Assembly: GCF_006345805.1 (NCBI RefSeq)
Contig: NC_042997.1
Location: 123,876,001-123,940,000, forward strand
DNA: 64,000 nt
Direction of reading: 5' to 3'
Origin: Octopus sinensis
Lineage: Eukaryota
The position numbers and the translations under genes are program-made. Below, in pieces: positions 63,506 through 64,000 of this stretch. Within the stretch, counting starts at the first letter, position 1, and each line of letters begins with the position of its first letter. The notes under the pieces are model-generated. The model made no database searches, had not been told where the DNA came from, and worked only from the letters and a program-made list of their open reading frames with translations.

Positions 63506-64000
63506 ATTTCTTAATTTGGATTTGGAAACACTAAAAAGGAGGAACTTTACCTATCAGCGAACTTGTCGCTTCAGATGAACCACTCCAACTAAACAGTGTC
63601 AACAAATTCAAAATGCGCAGGCGTAAATCTCTGCACTCCCCATTCCACCCACGTGGTCTATCTAGCAAACACTATATTTTAACCGCGAGAACCGAGGCAG
63701 TATGACCGAGAGAAATGAATTATAATATCAACAATTGAGGGTAAAATTAATTAATTAATCAATTTCACCAAGTGTTCAGGATGTAAAAGGACCATTTAAG
63801 GCGAATTCAAAATATTACATTATATAATTAGGGCTTAGTAAAATAAATTACTTTGCCACATACTGAACTTAGTAGAAATAGCAGCCAAAAAAATTTTTTG
63901 TTAGCATTTCTACTACTTAAAGAAAATTTCTCTCAGATAATGTTTACTCCAGACAACTCACGAAGGTTTGGAGGTAAATGCAGAAAAATATCACAAGTAC

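Larger units (their letters stand above)
62126..64000 (-). repeat. Head-to-tail tandem array of a ~564-bp non-coding unit, 3.3 copies, continuing past the window end
   Basis: AGGGCTTAG landmark at 62137, 62701, 63266, 63830 (periods 564, 565, 564); few substitutions between units; no ORF of 60 aa or more. Confidence 0.97.

Overview
AT-rich, microsatellite-dense animal genomic DNA. The SINE/LINE repertoire fits an octopus or other coleoid cephalopod; this is an inference from family recognition and no search was run. I cannot support any intact host protein-coding gene, tRNA, rRNA or CRISPR array, and most ORF-track entries are translations of (TA)n, (CA)n or (GATA)n tracts. The window is mostly transposon debris: CR1-like, RTE and Jockey/I-like LINE remnants, three gag-like ORF1-only relics, Helitrons, one mariner, and several tRNA-headed SINE families with nested insertions. 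The main signal is an unusually dense set of type I hammerhead ribozyme (HHR) motifs from about seven unrelated sequence families, most in Penelope-like element (PLE) terminal-repeat architectures. (1) A ~564-bp non-coding tandem array (62126 to window end) has an intact HHR in every complete unit and looks retrozyme-like. (2) A 101-bp tandem pair of HHRs has a swapped G3:C8 core. (3) A PLE 3' HHR has a U3:A8 core. (4) A doubled 328-bp perfect palindrome carries four HHRs. (5) A 469-nt partial-tandem unit has a fully paired HHR. All folds were done by eye and cleavage activity is untested. One promoter-like motif cluster (12.65-12.9 kb) and a few weak exon candidates are also noted.
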